Part shown: positions 28,645 to 38,185 of the stretch, piece by piece | How positions within the stretch are numbered: position 1 is the stretch's first letter | How the letters are laid out: every line of letters begins with the position of its first letter | Assembly: GCA_963824805.1 (NCBI GenBank) | Contig: CAWGQZ010000067.1 | Span: 7,739-71,738, forward strand | DNA: 64,000 bases | From: an uncultured Acidobacteriaceae bacterium | GTDB lineage: Bacteria > Acidobacteriota > Terriglobia > Terriglobales > Acidobacteriaceae | Direction: 5' to 3' | Position numbers and translations under genes: made by a program | The notes under the pieces: model-generated | What the model saw: only the letters and a program-made list of their open reading frames with translations | What the model was told of the DNA's origin: nothing | The model's database searches: none

Positions 28645-31401
28645 GTGGCTACCCATCCACAAGCGTGGAGAAGGATAACCTTCGTCGGCAAGGTCTACAT
28701 CGGCCTGGTCGTGATGCTTGGCGGCTTTGTGCTCGTCGCCGGCGCCGCCACTCCTTCCAGCAACAACATTGCCGAGTTCCTGTGTTATCTCCTGATCGCA
28801 TTTCTGGCTTCGCGCTTTACGGTCAACCTGCCGGAGATCGCCGACACCATGTCGGTGAACTTCCTTTTTGTACTGATCGGAATCATCGAACTGAGTTTTT
28901 CTGAAACTCTCTTCCTCGGCACCGTCGCAGTTCTTGTCCAGTCGCTCTACCGTTCCAAGTTTCGCCCGATCCGGGTCGCGTTCAATCTTTGCGCCAGTGC
29001 CATTGCCATCACACTGGCCTATGCGGTCTACCATCAGCCTCGTCTTCACGGCCCTTTGCATGCCCAAGCCTGGCTGATCGCACTTTCGGCGTCCGTCTAT
29101 TTCATCGCTGATACTGGCTCCATCGCGACCGTCATCGCACTCATCGAACGCCGCTCGCTGCGCACGCTGTGGGCTACTTGTTACCTGTGGGCGGTTCCGT
29201 ACTATTTAGGCGGAGCAGCCTTGGCCGGTCTGGTTGCGGTTTTGAATCGCAACTACCCTTGGGAAACATCGCTTCTGGTATTGCCGGTGGTGTACGTGGT
29301 CTATCGTTCCTACCGGCTTTATCTGAGCAAGATAGAAGATCGACGCAGTCACGTAGAGGAGATGGCCAATCTCCACCTGCGCACTATCGAAGCGCTGGCG
29401 CTGGCCATTGAAGCAAAGGACCAGACTACTCACGAACATCTCGAACGCGTTCAGGTTTACGCCATCGAAGTCGCGAAAGAGATGAAGCTGACGCCGAAGG
29501 AAATCGAAGCCCTGCACGCGGCTGCGCTTCTGCACGACATTGGCAAGCTTGCTGTGCCCGAACACATCATCTCCAAGCCCGGTCGCCTCACACCGGAAGA
29601 ATTCGAGAAGATGAAGATCCACCCGGTGGTTGGAGCGGAGATTCTTGAGCACGTCCGCTTCCCATATCCAGTGGTTCCCATCGTCCGCGCGCACCACGAA
29701 AAGTGGGACGGCACCGGCTACCCCAAGGGTTTGAAGGGCGAAGAAATTCCCATGGGAGCGCGCATTCTTTCTGCCGTCGATTTTCTCGATGCCTTGGCCT
29801 CCGACCGTCAATATCGGCGCGCTTTGCCACTCGACGAAGTCATTAAACTGATGGTGCAAGATGCGGGCAAGGCTTTTGATCCCAAAGTAGTAGATGTGCT
29901 GCAACGCCGTTACCGCGACCTGGAACGCCTGATCACTCCCTCGACCACCGAGGTCGAGCCCAAGCTTTCTACCGAAGTGAAGGTCGAGCGTGGCGATGCC
30001 CCCGATGCAGGGTTCGAAACCAACACCCGCAAGGAGGGTCAGGAAACCAGCTTCCTCGCGGCCATTGCCTCAGCAAGACAGGAGGCTCAGACCCTATTTG
30101 AACTGAGCCAGGACCTTGGAGCGTCGCTGAAGCTTGATGAAACGCTCTCGGTCTTCTCGGTGAAACTCCGCCGCCTGGTTCCCTACGACGCCATCGCTAT
30201 TTACATTCGCCGCGGCAACGAACTGGTGCCCGAGCATGTAAGCGGCGACAATCATCGTCTCTTCTCGTCGCTGCGAATTCCCATCGGCGACGGCCTTTCC
30301 GGCTGGGTCGCTCAGAACAAGAAAGCCATCATCAATGGCAACCCATCGGTAGAGCCGGGATACCTGAACGATCCCACCAAGTTCAGCACCTTGCGCTCCG
30401 CGCTCGCCATTCCGCTCGATGGTCTGGAAGGGGTCGTCGGCGTCCTCGCTTTGTACAAAGCCGATCCCGACGCCTTCACCTCCGACCACCTTCGTATTCT
30501 GCAAGCCATCAGTCTGAAAATGGGCTTGGCGATTGAGAATGCACTCAAGTATCAGGAAGCAGAGAAGAACAACGAGATCGACTATCTCACCGGCCTGCCC
30601 AGCGCCCGTGCCATGTTCCTGCAACTGGACCGCGAATTGGCCCGCTGTAAACGTGAAGAATCAAGCCTGGTCGTACTGGTGTGCGATATCGACGGCTTCA
30701 AACAGGTGAACGACCGTTTTGGACACCTGGAAGGCAATCGCGTCCTGCGTCTGTTTGCTCATGCCGTTCGCGGTACGAGCCGCGAATATGATTTCGTCGC
30801 CCGCATGGCTGCAGACGAGTTCGTAGTCATCGCCCCCGGCATGACTGCGGAGGCGGCTGCCAAGAAAGCTCACCAGTTGCGGCAACTGGTCAAACAATCT
30901 TGCCAGGAAGTCTGCGCCGAAGAGATCGTTTCGCTGAGCACCGGCCACGCCTTCTTCCCCAAAGACGGAGAAGATGCCGAGACATTGCTTGCCGAAGCCG
31001 ATCGCCGCATGTATCTGGAAAAGCAGAAGCAGCCCTATCGCAAAAGCCGCAGGCTCTACCCCCGGGTAAAGTGCCGCGTCACTATCGAAATCCGCCCCAA
31101 GGGCAGCGAATCCATCACCTTAGGAAATCTCATCGACATCAGCCTTGGTGGCTGCTTTGTCGAAACTAGTGCCGTGCCCACAATCGGCGCCCCGCTTAAT
31201 CTTGTTTTCTCTATCGATGATGGAAAAGTCGAAGCCGAAGGCACCGTGATTCGCCTCGATCCAGGAAGCGGAATTGCTGTGCAATTCCAGGATATGCGGC
31301 GGGAAGATCGCGGCAAAATTCACCGCGTTCTGGACTTTGTGCAAAACGCATCGAGCGCCTACGACAAACGCTACTTCGAAAAGCTGATGCTGAAGCGCTA
31401 G
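28645..31401 (+). CDS. multidomain c-di-GMP protein: polytopic membrane N-terminus, HD-GYP, GAF, degenerate GGDEF, PilZ
   Basis: About 6-7 N-terminal TM helices. HD-GYP: LLHDIGKLAVPE ... HHEKWDGTGYPKGL. A GAF-like segment follows. GGDEF domain: DIDGFKQVNDRFGH ... REYDFVARMAADEF (RxxD I-site retained, GGDEF changed to AADEF). C-terminal PilZ: RRLYPR and DISLGG. Confidence 0.85.
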   Translation: MATHPQAWRRITFVGKVYIGLVVMLGGFVLVAGAATPSSNNIAEFLCYLLIAFLASRFTVNLPEIADTMSVNFLFVLIGIIELSFSETLFLGTVAVLVQSLYRSKFRPIRVAFNLCASAIAITLAYAVYHQPRLHGPLHAQAWLIALSASVYFIADTGSIATVIALIERRSLRTLWATCYLWAVPYYLGGAALAGLVAVLNRNYPWETSLLVLPVVYVVYRSYRLYLSKIEDRRSHVEEMANLHLRTIEALALAIEAKDQTTHEHLERVQVYAIEVAKEMKLTPKEIEALHAAALLHDIGKLAVPEHIISKPGRLTPEEFEKMKIHPVVGAEILEHVRFPYPVVPIVRAHHEKWDGTGYPKGLKGEEIPMGARILSAVDFLDALASDRQYRRALPLDEVIKLMVQDAGKAFDPKVVDVLQRRYRDLERLITPSTTEVEPKLSTEVKVERGDAPDAGFETNTRKEGQETSFLAAIASARQEAQTLFELSQDLGASLKLDETLSVFSVKLRRLVPYDAIAIYIRRGNELVPEHVSGDNHRLFSSLRIPIGDGLSGWVAQNKKAIINGNPSVEPGYLNDPTKFSTLRSALAIPLDGLEGVVGVLALYKADPDAFTSDHLRILQAISLKMGLAIENALKYQEAEKNNEIDYLTGLPSARAMFLQLDRELARCKREESSLVVLVCDIDGFKQVNDRFGHLEGNRVLRLFAHAVRGTSREYDFVARMAADEFVVIAPGMTAEAAAKKAHQLRQLVKQSCQEVCAEEIVSLSTGHAFFPKDGEDAETLLAEADRRMYLEKQKQPYRKSRRLYPRVKCRVTIEIRPKGSESITLGNLIDISLGGCFVETSAVPTIGAPLNLVFSIDDGKVEAEGTVIRLDPGSGIAVQFQDMRREDRGKIHRVLDFVQNASSAYDKRYFEKLMLKR

Positions 31402-31436
31402 CTGAGAACTAGCGACTGAAAACTGGAATCAAAAAA

Positions 31437-32117
31437 CTACAATTTCTTCTCCACCAGTTCTTCCACTCGCCGCAAAACCTCATCCTCCGACAACCCGCTG
31501 GAATCGACAATCACCGCGTCCGGCGCAGGCACCAACGGCGAAGCAGCCCGGGTTCGATCCCGCCGGTCGCGCTCGCGCAACTCTGCGGCGACCACCTCGG
31601 GTGACGCCGGGGCGCCTTTTGCGCGGCCCTGTTCCAGCCTGCGCTTTTCCCGCACCACCGGATCGGCATCCAGAAAAATCTTCACATCGGCATCGGGAAA
31701 CACTTTGGTCCCAATGTCACGCCCTTCCATCACGATGCCGCCACCCGCGCCCATCTCTTGCTGATGCGACACCATCCAGGTCCGCACCTTGGGATGCACC
31801 GAAACCCGGGATGCCGCCTCGGTCACATCCGGCTCGCGTACCCGCATACTCACGTCGCGGCCGTCGATAAGCACTCGGTTGCCGCCGAAGCTGGGCTCCA
31901 GCTTGATGGAGGAATCGTTGGCCAACTTTACCAATGCGGCTTCATCGTCAAACGAGATGTCCCACTCAATAGCCTTGAGGGCGAGCGCCCGATACATGGC
32001 CCCGCTTTCTAGGTTGACATAGCCAAGTTTGCGCGCTAGGCGGGATGCAATAGTGCTCTTTCCCGCCCCAGCCGGCCCATCGATGGCAATGATCAGGCGC
32101 TTCCCCATGGATTTCAT
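31437..32117 (-). CDS. cmk: cytidylate kinase
   Basis: IIAIDGPAGAGKSTIASRLARKLGYVNLESGAMYRA is the Cmk signature. The start is taken at MKSMGKR (32117). Confidence 0.9.
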   Translation of the reverse strand: MKSMGKRLIIAIDGPAGAGKSTIASRLARKLGYVNLESGAMYRALALKAIEWDISFDDEAALVKLANDSSIKLEPSFGGNRVLIDGRDVSMRVREPDVTEAASRVSVHPKVRTWMVSHQQEMGAGGGIVMEGRDIGTKVFPDADVKIFLDADPVVREKRRLEQGRAKGAPASPEVVAAELRERDRRDRTRAASPLVPAPDAVIVDSSGLSEDEVLRRVEELVEKKL

Positions 32118-32141
32118 CCGAGCCAATTGTACACACGGCAG

Positions 32142-32171
32142 AAAAATGTAGGGCGGACACTCTGTCCGCCC
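32142..32171 (-). terminator. intrinsic terminator of the ABC-efflux operon
   Basis: GGGCGGAC-actct-GTCCGCCC forms the stem-loop, followed on the minus strand by a TTTTT run (complement of 32143-32147). It lies 42 nt after the adaptor gene stop. Confidence 0.6.
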
Positions 32172-32212
32172 CCAGCTAACCAAGTGCAAAAGGATTTAAA
32201 CGCCAGGCGAGC

Positions 32213-33271
32213 TTACTTGCGCGCCAGTTGCCCGCCATCCGTCACAATAAACGCATCCACCCGCAAGCCCACCGGCAGGTGAGAGCCAGACTCAAGCTCC
32301 ACCAGCGTCTCCAAAATTTTGCGGTCCACCCGCTCCGTCGGTTCATCTGTCCGGATATTCTTAGGACCTAACTGCTCACTCACCCGCACCACCCGGCCCC
32401 AGAATCTCTTGTCTCCAAAGGCGTCTGCGGTCACGTAAGCCTTCTGCCCCACCCGCACTTTGGAAACTTCCGTCTCATCCACATCCACCCGCACCCGCAA
32501 AACATTCTTGTCGCCGATAGTCACAATCGGATCAGGCACCGTCGACGAATTCGAAACGCTCTCCCCATTGCGATGATGTTTGCGCAGCACGGTTCCATCG
32601 ATTGGCGAACGAATGATCGTCTTCTCGTAGCGGGCCTTCGCATCCTCAAGGTTCGCCTTTGCCAGCCGCAGATCGGCCTCAGCCATCGCCTGGTCCTCCT
32701 CACGCGCATGGTCGTCTACCAGCGAATGATGCTCCGAGGCTTCGCGATACTTCGCACGCGAGACATCATACTCCCGCGAATAGCGTTCATATTCTTCGCG
32801 CGAGATAACCCCGGCTGTAAACAGCTGCCGGCGGCGCTCCATCTCAGCATTCGCGTTGTTCATGACCGCTTCCGTCTCATGCACCGTCGACAGCGCTTCT
32901 GCCCGTTCCTGTTGCCGCGCGCCGTTAACCACTTTCCGCAGAGTGGCTTCCCGCGCGTTGACCTGAGCTTCGGCCGACAGTACCTGCGCCCGGTAGTCGC
33001 CATTCATCAGTACCGCCAAAACCCCGCCGCGCTTGATGCTGTCGCCTTCCTCCACATTGACCGACTTCAGCTTGCCGCTAAGCTCTGAGCCAATCTGGAT
33101 GTCTTCCGAAATTGGTTCGACCCGCCCGGGTCCAGCTACCAACTGCTCCAGCTGTGCGGACTGGCTGGCCTTCTGCGCGGCGCTGACTTTTTCTGAATGC
33201 GCGGAGAACAGCTTTAGAGAAACGATCAGTACAAAGGTTGCGGCAGAAATGAGAATCAGGCTTTTCTTCAT
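32213..33271 (-). CDS. HlyD/MacA-type periplasmic adaptor (membrane fusion protein)
   Basis: It has an N-terminal anchor, a long coiled-coil segment, and lipoyl/beta-barrel-like flanks. It is the last gene of the ABC operon. Confidence 0.8.
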   Translation of the reverse strand: MKKSLILISAATFVLIVSLKLFSAHSEKVSAAQKASQSAQLEQLVAGPGRVEPISEDIQIGSELSGKLKSVNVEEGDSIKRGGVLAVLMNGDYRAQVLSAEAQVNAREATLRKVVNGARQQERAEALSTVHETEAVMNNANAEMERRRQLFTAGVISREEYERYSREYDVSRAKYREASEHHSLVDDHAREEDQAMAEADLRLAKANLEDAKARYEKTIIRSPIDGTVLRKHHRNGESVSNSSTVPDPIVTIGDKNVLRVRVDVDETEVSKVRVGQKAYVTADAFGDKRFWGRVVRVSEQLGPKNIRTDEPTERVDRKILETLVELESGSHLPVGLRVDAFIVTDGGQLARK

Positions 33272-33281
33272 AACGGACTCC

Positions 33282-34022
33282 TTAAACTGAGGCCTGTGCA
33301 GGATAGGAGCCCAGCCCAGGCGGTACTTCGATTTCTTCTAAAGTTGAATCGGCGATCATCCCGTCCTCGATGCGGATGGTGCGATCTGCAAATTCCATAA
33401 CCCGTGAATCGTGAGTCACGATAACCACTGCTCGTCCGCGTTCGTGGGCAAGGCCACGCATCATCTCCATCACATTGCGTCCGGTGTGCGAGTCGAGCGC
33501 TGCCGTGGGCTCGTCGGCCAGCACAATCTGCGGGTCTCCTGCCAATGCCCGCGCAATCGCCACCCGCTGTTTCTGCCCGCCGCTCAGGTCGGCGGGAAAG
33601 CTGTTGTACTTTTCGCCTAATCCGACCTGCTCCAGCAGCAGCTGCGCCCGCTTCTTACCGGCGGCGGTCTCGACCTTTTTCAGATCCAGCATCAGTTCGA
33701 CGTTTTCGCCGGCGGTGAGTGTTGGAAAGAGATTGAATCCCTGGAACACAAAGCCGATATGGTCCAGCCGGATACTCGCCATTTGCTTCGGCTTCAGCGC
33801 CGTGACTTCCTTCCCCGCCACGCGAATGCTCCCAGAGGTCGAACTCAGAATGCATCCCATTATCGAAAGCAAGGTAGTCTTGCCGCTGCCCGAGGGCCCC
33901 ACCAGCATCACCAATTCCCCCGGCTGCACCTCGAGGTCGACGCCGCGTAAGGCGGGAACCCGAGCGTTGCCTTCCTCATATATCTTGGTCAAATCACGAA
34001 CCGCTATGGCTGGATGCATCAT
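33282..34022 (-). CDS. ABC transporter ATP-binding protein (MacB/LolD-like)
   Basis: Walker A GPSGSGKTT, Q-loop, signature LSGGQKQR, Walker B VLADEPT. Confidence 0.9.
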   Translation of the reverse strand: MMHPAIAVRDLTKIYEEGNARVPALRGVDLEVQPGELVMLVGPSGSGKTTLLSIMGCILSSTSGSIRVAGKEVTALKPKQMASIRLDHIGFVFQGFNLFPTLTAGENVELMLDLKKVETAAGKKRAQLLLEQVGLGEKYNSFPADLSGGQKQRVAIARALAGDPQIVLADEPTAALDSHTGRNVMEMMRGLAHERGRAVVIVTHDSRVMEFADRTIRIEDGMIADSTLEEIEVPPGLGSYPAQASV

Positions 34023-34031
34023 TCCCCCAGA

Positions 34032-35156
34032 TCAACCCTTAAACACCATGGCCGGATCAAGCCGCGTAACCTTGTTGATGGAAACCAATGCCGCACTCGT
34101 GCACATTAGGAGCGTAAGGAAGAACATCCCTACCGCCATTGGCCAGGGCATCAGGATCGCGGCCCCGCCCTCCTGGCTGGCCCGCACTACGAATCCGCTG
34201 ACGATCATCCCCAACCCATACCCGATCACCGCACTGATCGCCGCTTGCGTGAGAATGACTTTGTACACATAACTGTTGGGCGCGCCCATCGCCTTCAACG
34301 TTCCGAATTCCTTCAGGTGATCGACGGTCGTTGCATAAATTGTCTGCGCCACCACCACAAAGCCAACCACTAACCCAAGAATTGCCGCCAGCAGCACCGC
34401 CACTCCCGCGCCGGTGGTGAACATCCAATAGATTTGCGTCATGCGGCTGAATTCACGGCTGGTAAATACTTCGACGTCCGTCAGGCGTCCCAATAGTCCG
34501 CGGCGCACCGTGTCTAGATCCGCGCCCGGCGCCAGCTTTACCAGGATGAAGATCGTCTGGTCATCGGCAAGGCCGCTATACTCTTGCGCCCGCTTGAACG
34601 TGGTAAAGACGTAGGGGGAAGTCGTAAACGACCGGATGCCATGAGTGAATCCGACCACTCGCGCCCGCTTGCCGTTCATCTCGAACGTTTCGCCCACGGC
34701 CGTCACCTGCAACTTCGGTTTATAAATGTCGTCAAGAATGATGGCATCAGGCCGCTTCAGATCTTCCGCCCGACCCTGCACCAGGTTCCACGGCCGTCCC
34801 AATTGCGAGTCCGGATTGATCCCCACGATCTGGACCGATTCATTCCGTCCGTCGGGCCGCTTCCACTGTGTCCAATGGGTAATAAATTTCTGAGCTTCGG
34901 CCACTCCCGGCACCGCGCGGGCCTGGTAAAGCTTGCGCTCGCTGAAAGGCACCCCCAGCTCGACATAGGGAACGTGCTTCGAGGTGATCCACAAGTCCGC
35001 GCCTGAATTGTCGACCAGCGCCGAGGTAGTTTCCGTGAAGCCGACGAAGAGTCCAAGCTCAACCACGATGAGCACCACGGCAAAGACAATGCCTGTCACC
35101 GTAACCGCCAGCCGCACCTTGTCGTGGAATAGATTCCTGCGCGCCAGAGGAGGCAT
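34032..35156 (-). CDS. ABC transporter permease, FtsX/MacB-type
   Basis: It has an N-terminal TM helix, a large periplasmic domain and three C-terminal TM helices (FtsX-like topology). It is adjacent to the ATPase gene. Confidence 0.8.
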   Translation of the reverse strand: MPPLARRNLFHDKVRLAVTVTGIVFAVVLIVVELGLFVGFTETTSALVDNSGADLWITSKHVPYVELGVPFSERKLYQARAVPGVAEAQKFITHWTQWKRPDGRNESVQIVGINPDSQLGRPWNLVQGRAEDLKRPDAIILDDIYKPKLQVTAVGETFEMNGKRARVVGFTHGIRSFTTSPYVFTTFKRAQEYSGLADDQTIFILVKLAPGADLDTVRRGLLGRLTDVEVFTSREFSRMTQIYWMFTTGAGVAVLLAAILGLVVGFVVVAQTIYATTVDHLKEFGTLKAMGAPNSYVYKVILTQAAISAVIGYGLGMIVSGFVVRASQEGGAAILMPWPMAVGMFFLTLLMCTSAALVSINKVTRLDPAMVFKG

Positions 35157-35157
35157 G

Positions 35158-35793
35158 TCAGTTCCCCTCCTTCGTCATTCCGCGGAGCACGGCGTCGAGC
35201 ATCAATTCGACCCGTTCCTGCATAGGACGCCAATCGACCCACTCGTCATTGCATTTCGCGATTTGCAGCGAAATCACTCCATGCACTCCAGCCCACAACG
35301 TCTGTGCAATCAGATCAGGATCGCGAATGTCATCACGAAATCGTCTTTCGGCCAATGCTTGGTTCACGGTCAACATCAGCAACGCGTAGGCGTCGACCTC
35401 GGGATTGCCCTTGATCTCATGGTCCGACTCCTCCAACTCCCCGCTGGGATGTGGAGTCATGAACATGAGCCGGTAATGATTAGGATGGCGAATGCCAAAC
35501 TCGATGTACGATCGCCCGATTTGCTTGATCCGCTCCAGCGGATCAAGAGGCATCGGCACCTTTTGAAACTCCGCCGCAAGGCGTGCAAAGTCCTCGTTGC
35601 AAAGCTCGTGAAAAAGGTCCTTCTTGTCGGCGAAATGGACATAAATCGCCGTCGGCGAGTACTCAATCTTCTCGGCCACTTGCCGCATGGAGACGCCCTC
35701 GTACCCATGCAGCCCAAACAACTCCCGCGCCGCATCCAGGATCTTGTCTCGCGTCTCCGACTTCTCTCGTTCTCTGCGTTCTTTGACACCCAT
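35158..35793 (-). CDS. TetR/AcrR family transcriptional regulator (first gene of the efflux operon)
   Basis: The HTH region is TRDKILDAARELFGLHGYEGVSMRQVAEKIEYSPTAIYVHFADKKDL. Its stop lies 1 nt from the permease start. Confidence 0.85.
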   Translation of the reverse strand: MGVKERREREKSETRDKILDAARELFGLHGYEGVSMRQVAEKIEYSPTAIYVHFADKKDLFHELCNEDFARLAAEFQKVPMPLDPLERIKQIGRSYIEFGIRHPNHYRLMFMTPHPSGELEESDHEIKGNPEVDAYALLMLTVNQALAERRFRDDIRDPDLIAQTLWAGVHGVISLQIAKCNDEWVDWRPMQERVELMLDAVLRGMTKEGN

Positions 35794-35802
35794 AACGTTG
35801 GT

Positions 35803-35844
35803 CCATAACTTAACAGTGTTAACTTAACATCGTTAACTTAAAAT
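35803..35844. promoter_or_regulatory. candidate operator: three tandem TAACTTAAC-type repeats forming two TTAACA-N-TGTTAA palindromes
   Basis: The sequence is cATAACTTAACAGTGTTAACTTAACATCGTTAACTTAAAAT. There is a perfect 13-bp palindrome TTAACAGTGTTAA at 35810-35822 and a near-palindrome TTAACATCGTTAA at 35824-35836. It lies 10-50 nt upstream of the TetR start. Confidence 0.45.
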
Positions 35845-36788
35845 ACGCTGGTCGTTTCTGTCAAGCGAAATTTCCAAAGTGGGAAGTTTAAGCCGCAGGA
35901 AATGCAATGTAAGTTACGTGGATGTGTACCTTAGAGCCTAATAAAATCCTCATCCTGAGCAAGGCATGGAGTGAACAAAAACCCAACCCGAATTTCCTGC
36001 CGAGTCCGGAATCTTTTTCACTGCTGGCGCAACCGAACTCTTCAATCTTCTTTCAACATTCATTTCCAGGCCGGCCAGGTGGCGAGCAAGCTCTTAACGT
36101 CGCCGGCGGCAGTCGCGACATCCGCCAAGGCCGAGGCGGCGGTCGAAACAAAGTCGCGCAGATGGAGCAGGGCGGTATTGCGGGTGTCTGGAGCCCAAAA
36201 CTCCTTGCGCTTCACGCTCCGCTCGAATTCCTTTTCCCAAGCGGCCGCCACTCCTGGAGGAACCTGGGACATGTCCTGCCACAGGGAGTGACCGCCACCG
36301 GCGTTTCATAGGTCATCCACTGTGTCAAAAGAATAGAGTACTGGCCTCGAATGCATCCTTGACGGCATGGAGTCGTGTCCTCGAGACGAGATCACTTGGA
36401 CACAAGCGACCGGTATCGTCCTGCGCTTTTGATCCACTTCGAGTGCCCGCTCAACCACCGCAAACCACGTAGGAACAAGGCTCCTACCTGTTTAACGAAA
36501 ACAACACAAGCAAGCCCGCAAAGCGCGGAGTGCTCCCAACGAATCGCGTCATTGTCATTCCGGGGAAGACGAAATCGGTTTCTCCTTTCCCATTTTCTCC
36601 TCGTGCCACCGAGATGTCCGAGAGCTTACAAAGCGAGGCAACACTTCTTTTGGCAAAAGTTGCGTCAAGAGGCCTTTTTACGCAGGTATTTCTTTCTTCG
36701 ACTTCGAGCAGCAAATCGCGGAGTGATGGGCATCCGAATTTAGAGAGATGGGTTCTGGTTAGTGAAGGCAATGCATCGAGGAGAATGA

Positions 36789-37421
36789 ATGCGCAAAGAT
36801 TTATTTTTTGTTTTTCTGATTTTGTTTTCCCCCCTGAGTCTTATGGCCCAATATCCTGGAGCCCGACCATCCTTCGGCGAAGAAGCAACCCGGGCTTCAT
36901 TTTTCGGCGGCTATTCCTACGGCAGAAATGCCGGCAACGGGTTCAGCGGATGGGAAGGACAGGGCACATTCAATTTCACTCGCAATCTCGGCATCACCGC
37001 CGACGTAAATAGCGCCAGCATGTCGCCCTTCGGCTTTTCAGCTCTCGGATTCTCGGCCGGCACCAACCAGCGTCTCACCAGCTATCTGGTCGGTCCCACA
37101 GTCACTGCGAATCTCGGCAGAAACGCCGTCTTTGGGCACGCTCTATTTGGCATAGCCCGTTCCAGCCTGGGTGCAGGCTTCTCTGTTCCGATCATTGGCG
37201 GGATCTCAACCGGTGTAACCAGCGGGACTGGATTCGCTATGGAGTTTGGTGGCGGAGTCGATATCGGAATAACGCGGCATCTGGCGTTCCGGGCGGTGCA
37301 GATCGACTACCTTCGCACCCAACTCAACACACTGGATGCTCTCTCCAGCGGCCTTTCCACCAGCCTGGACAATCGCCAGAACACTATGCGCTACTCCACC
37401 GGCATCGTGCTGAGGTTTTGA
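36789..37421 (+). CDS. outer-membrane beta-barrel protein (OmpA-like porin family)
   Basis: It has a signal peptide (FVFLILFSPLSLMAQ), alternating amphipathic beta-strands, Gly/aromatic richness and a C-terminal ...GIVLRF. Confidence 0.7.
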   Translation: MRKDLFFVFLILFSPLSLMAQYPGARPSFGEEATRASFFGGYSYGRNAGNGFSGWEGQGTFNFTRNLGITADVNSASMSPFGFSALGFSAGTNQRLTSYLVGPTVTANLGRNAVFGHALFGIARSSLGAGFSVPIIGGISTGVTSGTGFAMEFGGGVDIGITRHLAFRAVQIDYLRTQLNTLDALSSGLSTSLDNRQNTMRYSTGIVLRF

Positions 37422-37520
37422 AGTTTCCGGGGCAGCGCGAGACTACCTCTCACCCGCCCTAATCAAAAGAATTCCTGTCATTCCAACGAAGCAGGAAACT
37501 ACTCTCCCCATCCCAGCTCT

Positions 37521-37548
37521 GTCATCCCGAGCGAAACCGAGAGACCTC
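37521..37548 (+). repeat. REP-like dispersed element GTCATCCCGAGCGAA(A/G)CCGAG(A/G)GACC
   Basis: gtcatcccgagcgaaaccgagagacctc. Near-identical copies occur at 39472-39500 (+) and 55654-55679 (-). A diverged copy lies just upstream at 37477-37499. Confidence 0.7.
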
Positions 37549-37626
37549 GTGTTCCAAAGAACCACGCCGCCCAAACCAATCCGGGAAGGGGCCGGGGATC
37601 ATAGATAAGAAATGCATGGCTTCACT

Positions 37627-37860
37627 CTAGCGGGGGGAAGCGCTAGACAATCCTTCATTGCGAGCCAGCCGAGTTTGGCTTTTACGTCCCTCTCTTCCGC
37701 GGGTGAGTTCCGACTGCACCAGGTCGGCCAATGGATTCGCAGTGAATTGATTGCCTTCGATATTGGCAGCCAATTTTCCGCGCCGGTCAATAATCGAGGT
37801 AGGCAACGAATGGTTCATCAGGCCTTCATCTGGCAGGTCGACTCCAACCAGGCTGCTCAC
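37627..37860 (-). pseudogene. C-terminal remnant of an SCO1/SenC- or redoxin-like protein
   Basis: Only ...GLMNHSLPTSIIDRRGKLAANIEGNQFTANPLADLVQSEL is present. This resembles the last ~50 aa of SCO/thioredoxin-fold proteins. No N-terminal CxxxC part is seen. Confidence 0.3.
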
Positions 37861-38185
37861 TGTTGGATTGTCGGGGACCGGTGCACTTCGCCTTCGTCTA
37901 TTGGCGCAAACACCCTATCCATTCTCTTGGCCCCGCATTCTCGAAGGATGTCTTGAAGGCGTTTGTCAGCATTTCCAAAGCAAGGGCGAAGTCGTCCGCT
38001 TTGTCTGCTCGGGATAAATCGAGCGCCTTAAGGAAACCCTTCTGGCCATTGCGCTCGCCGTGGTAACAGACGGAATACTTCGTTCCTGTAGAGCCATCGG
38101 TTCGGTGATGGCGGGCCGTTACCCTCCACCCACCTGAGAGAGTCTGACCTTCCAGGTTAAAAGCTGCAGCGCGCTCGTTAGACAT
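37857..38185 (-). pseudogene. N-terminal remnant of a protein-kinase-like gene (frameshifted and truncated)
   Basis: ORF 37898..38185 reads ...GGWRV...GTKYSVCYHGERNGQKGFLKALDLS..., like a kinase N-lobe with the Lys in FLKAL. The sequence continues in another frame (RECGAKRMDRVFAPIDEGEVH) and stops at 37857. No catalytic loop follows. Confidence 0.3.

Noticed and set aside
36060-36272. 70-aa minus-strand ORF (MSQVPPGVAAAWEKEFERS...LLATWPAWK) in the 1-kb spacer between the TetR gene and the beta-barrel gene.
   Set aside because: The composition is plausible, but there is no RBS or recognisable motif, and an in-frame stop lies immediately upstream. It could be a gene remnant, which is too weak to report as a feature.
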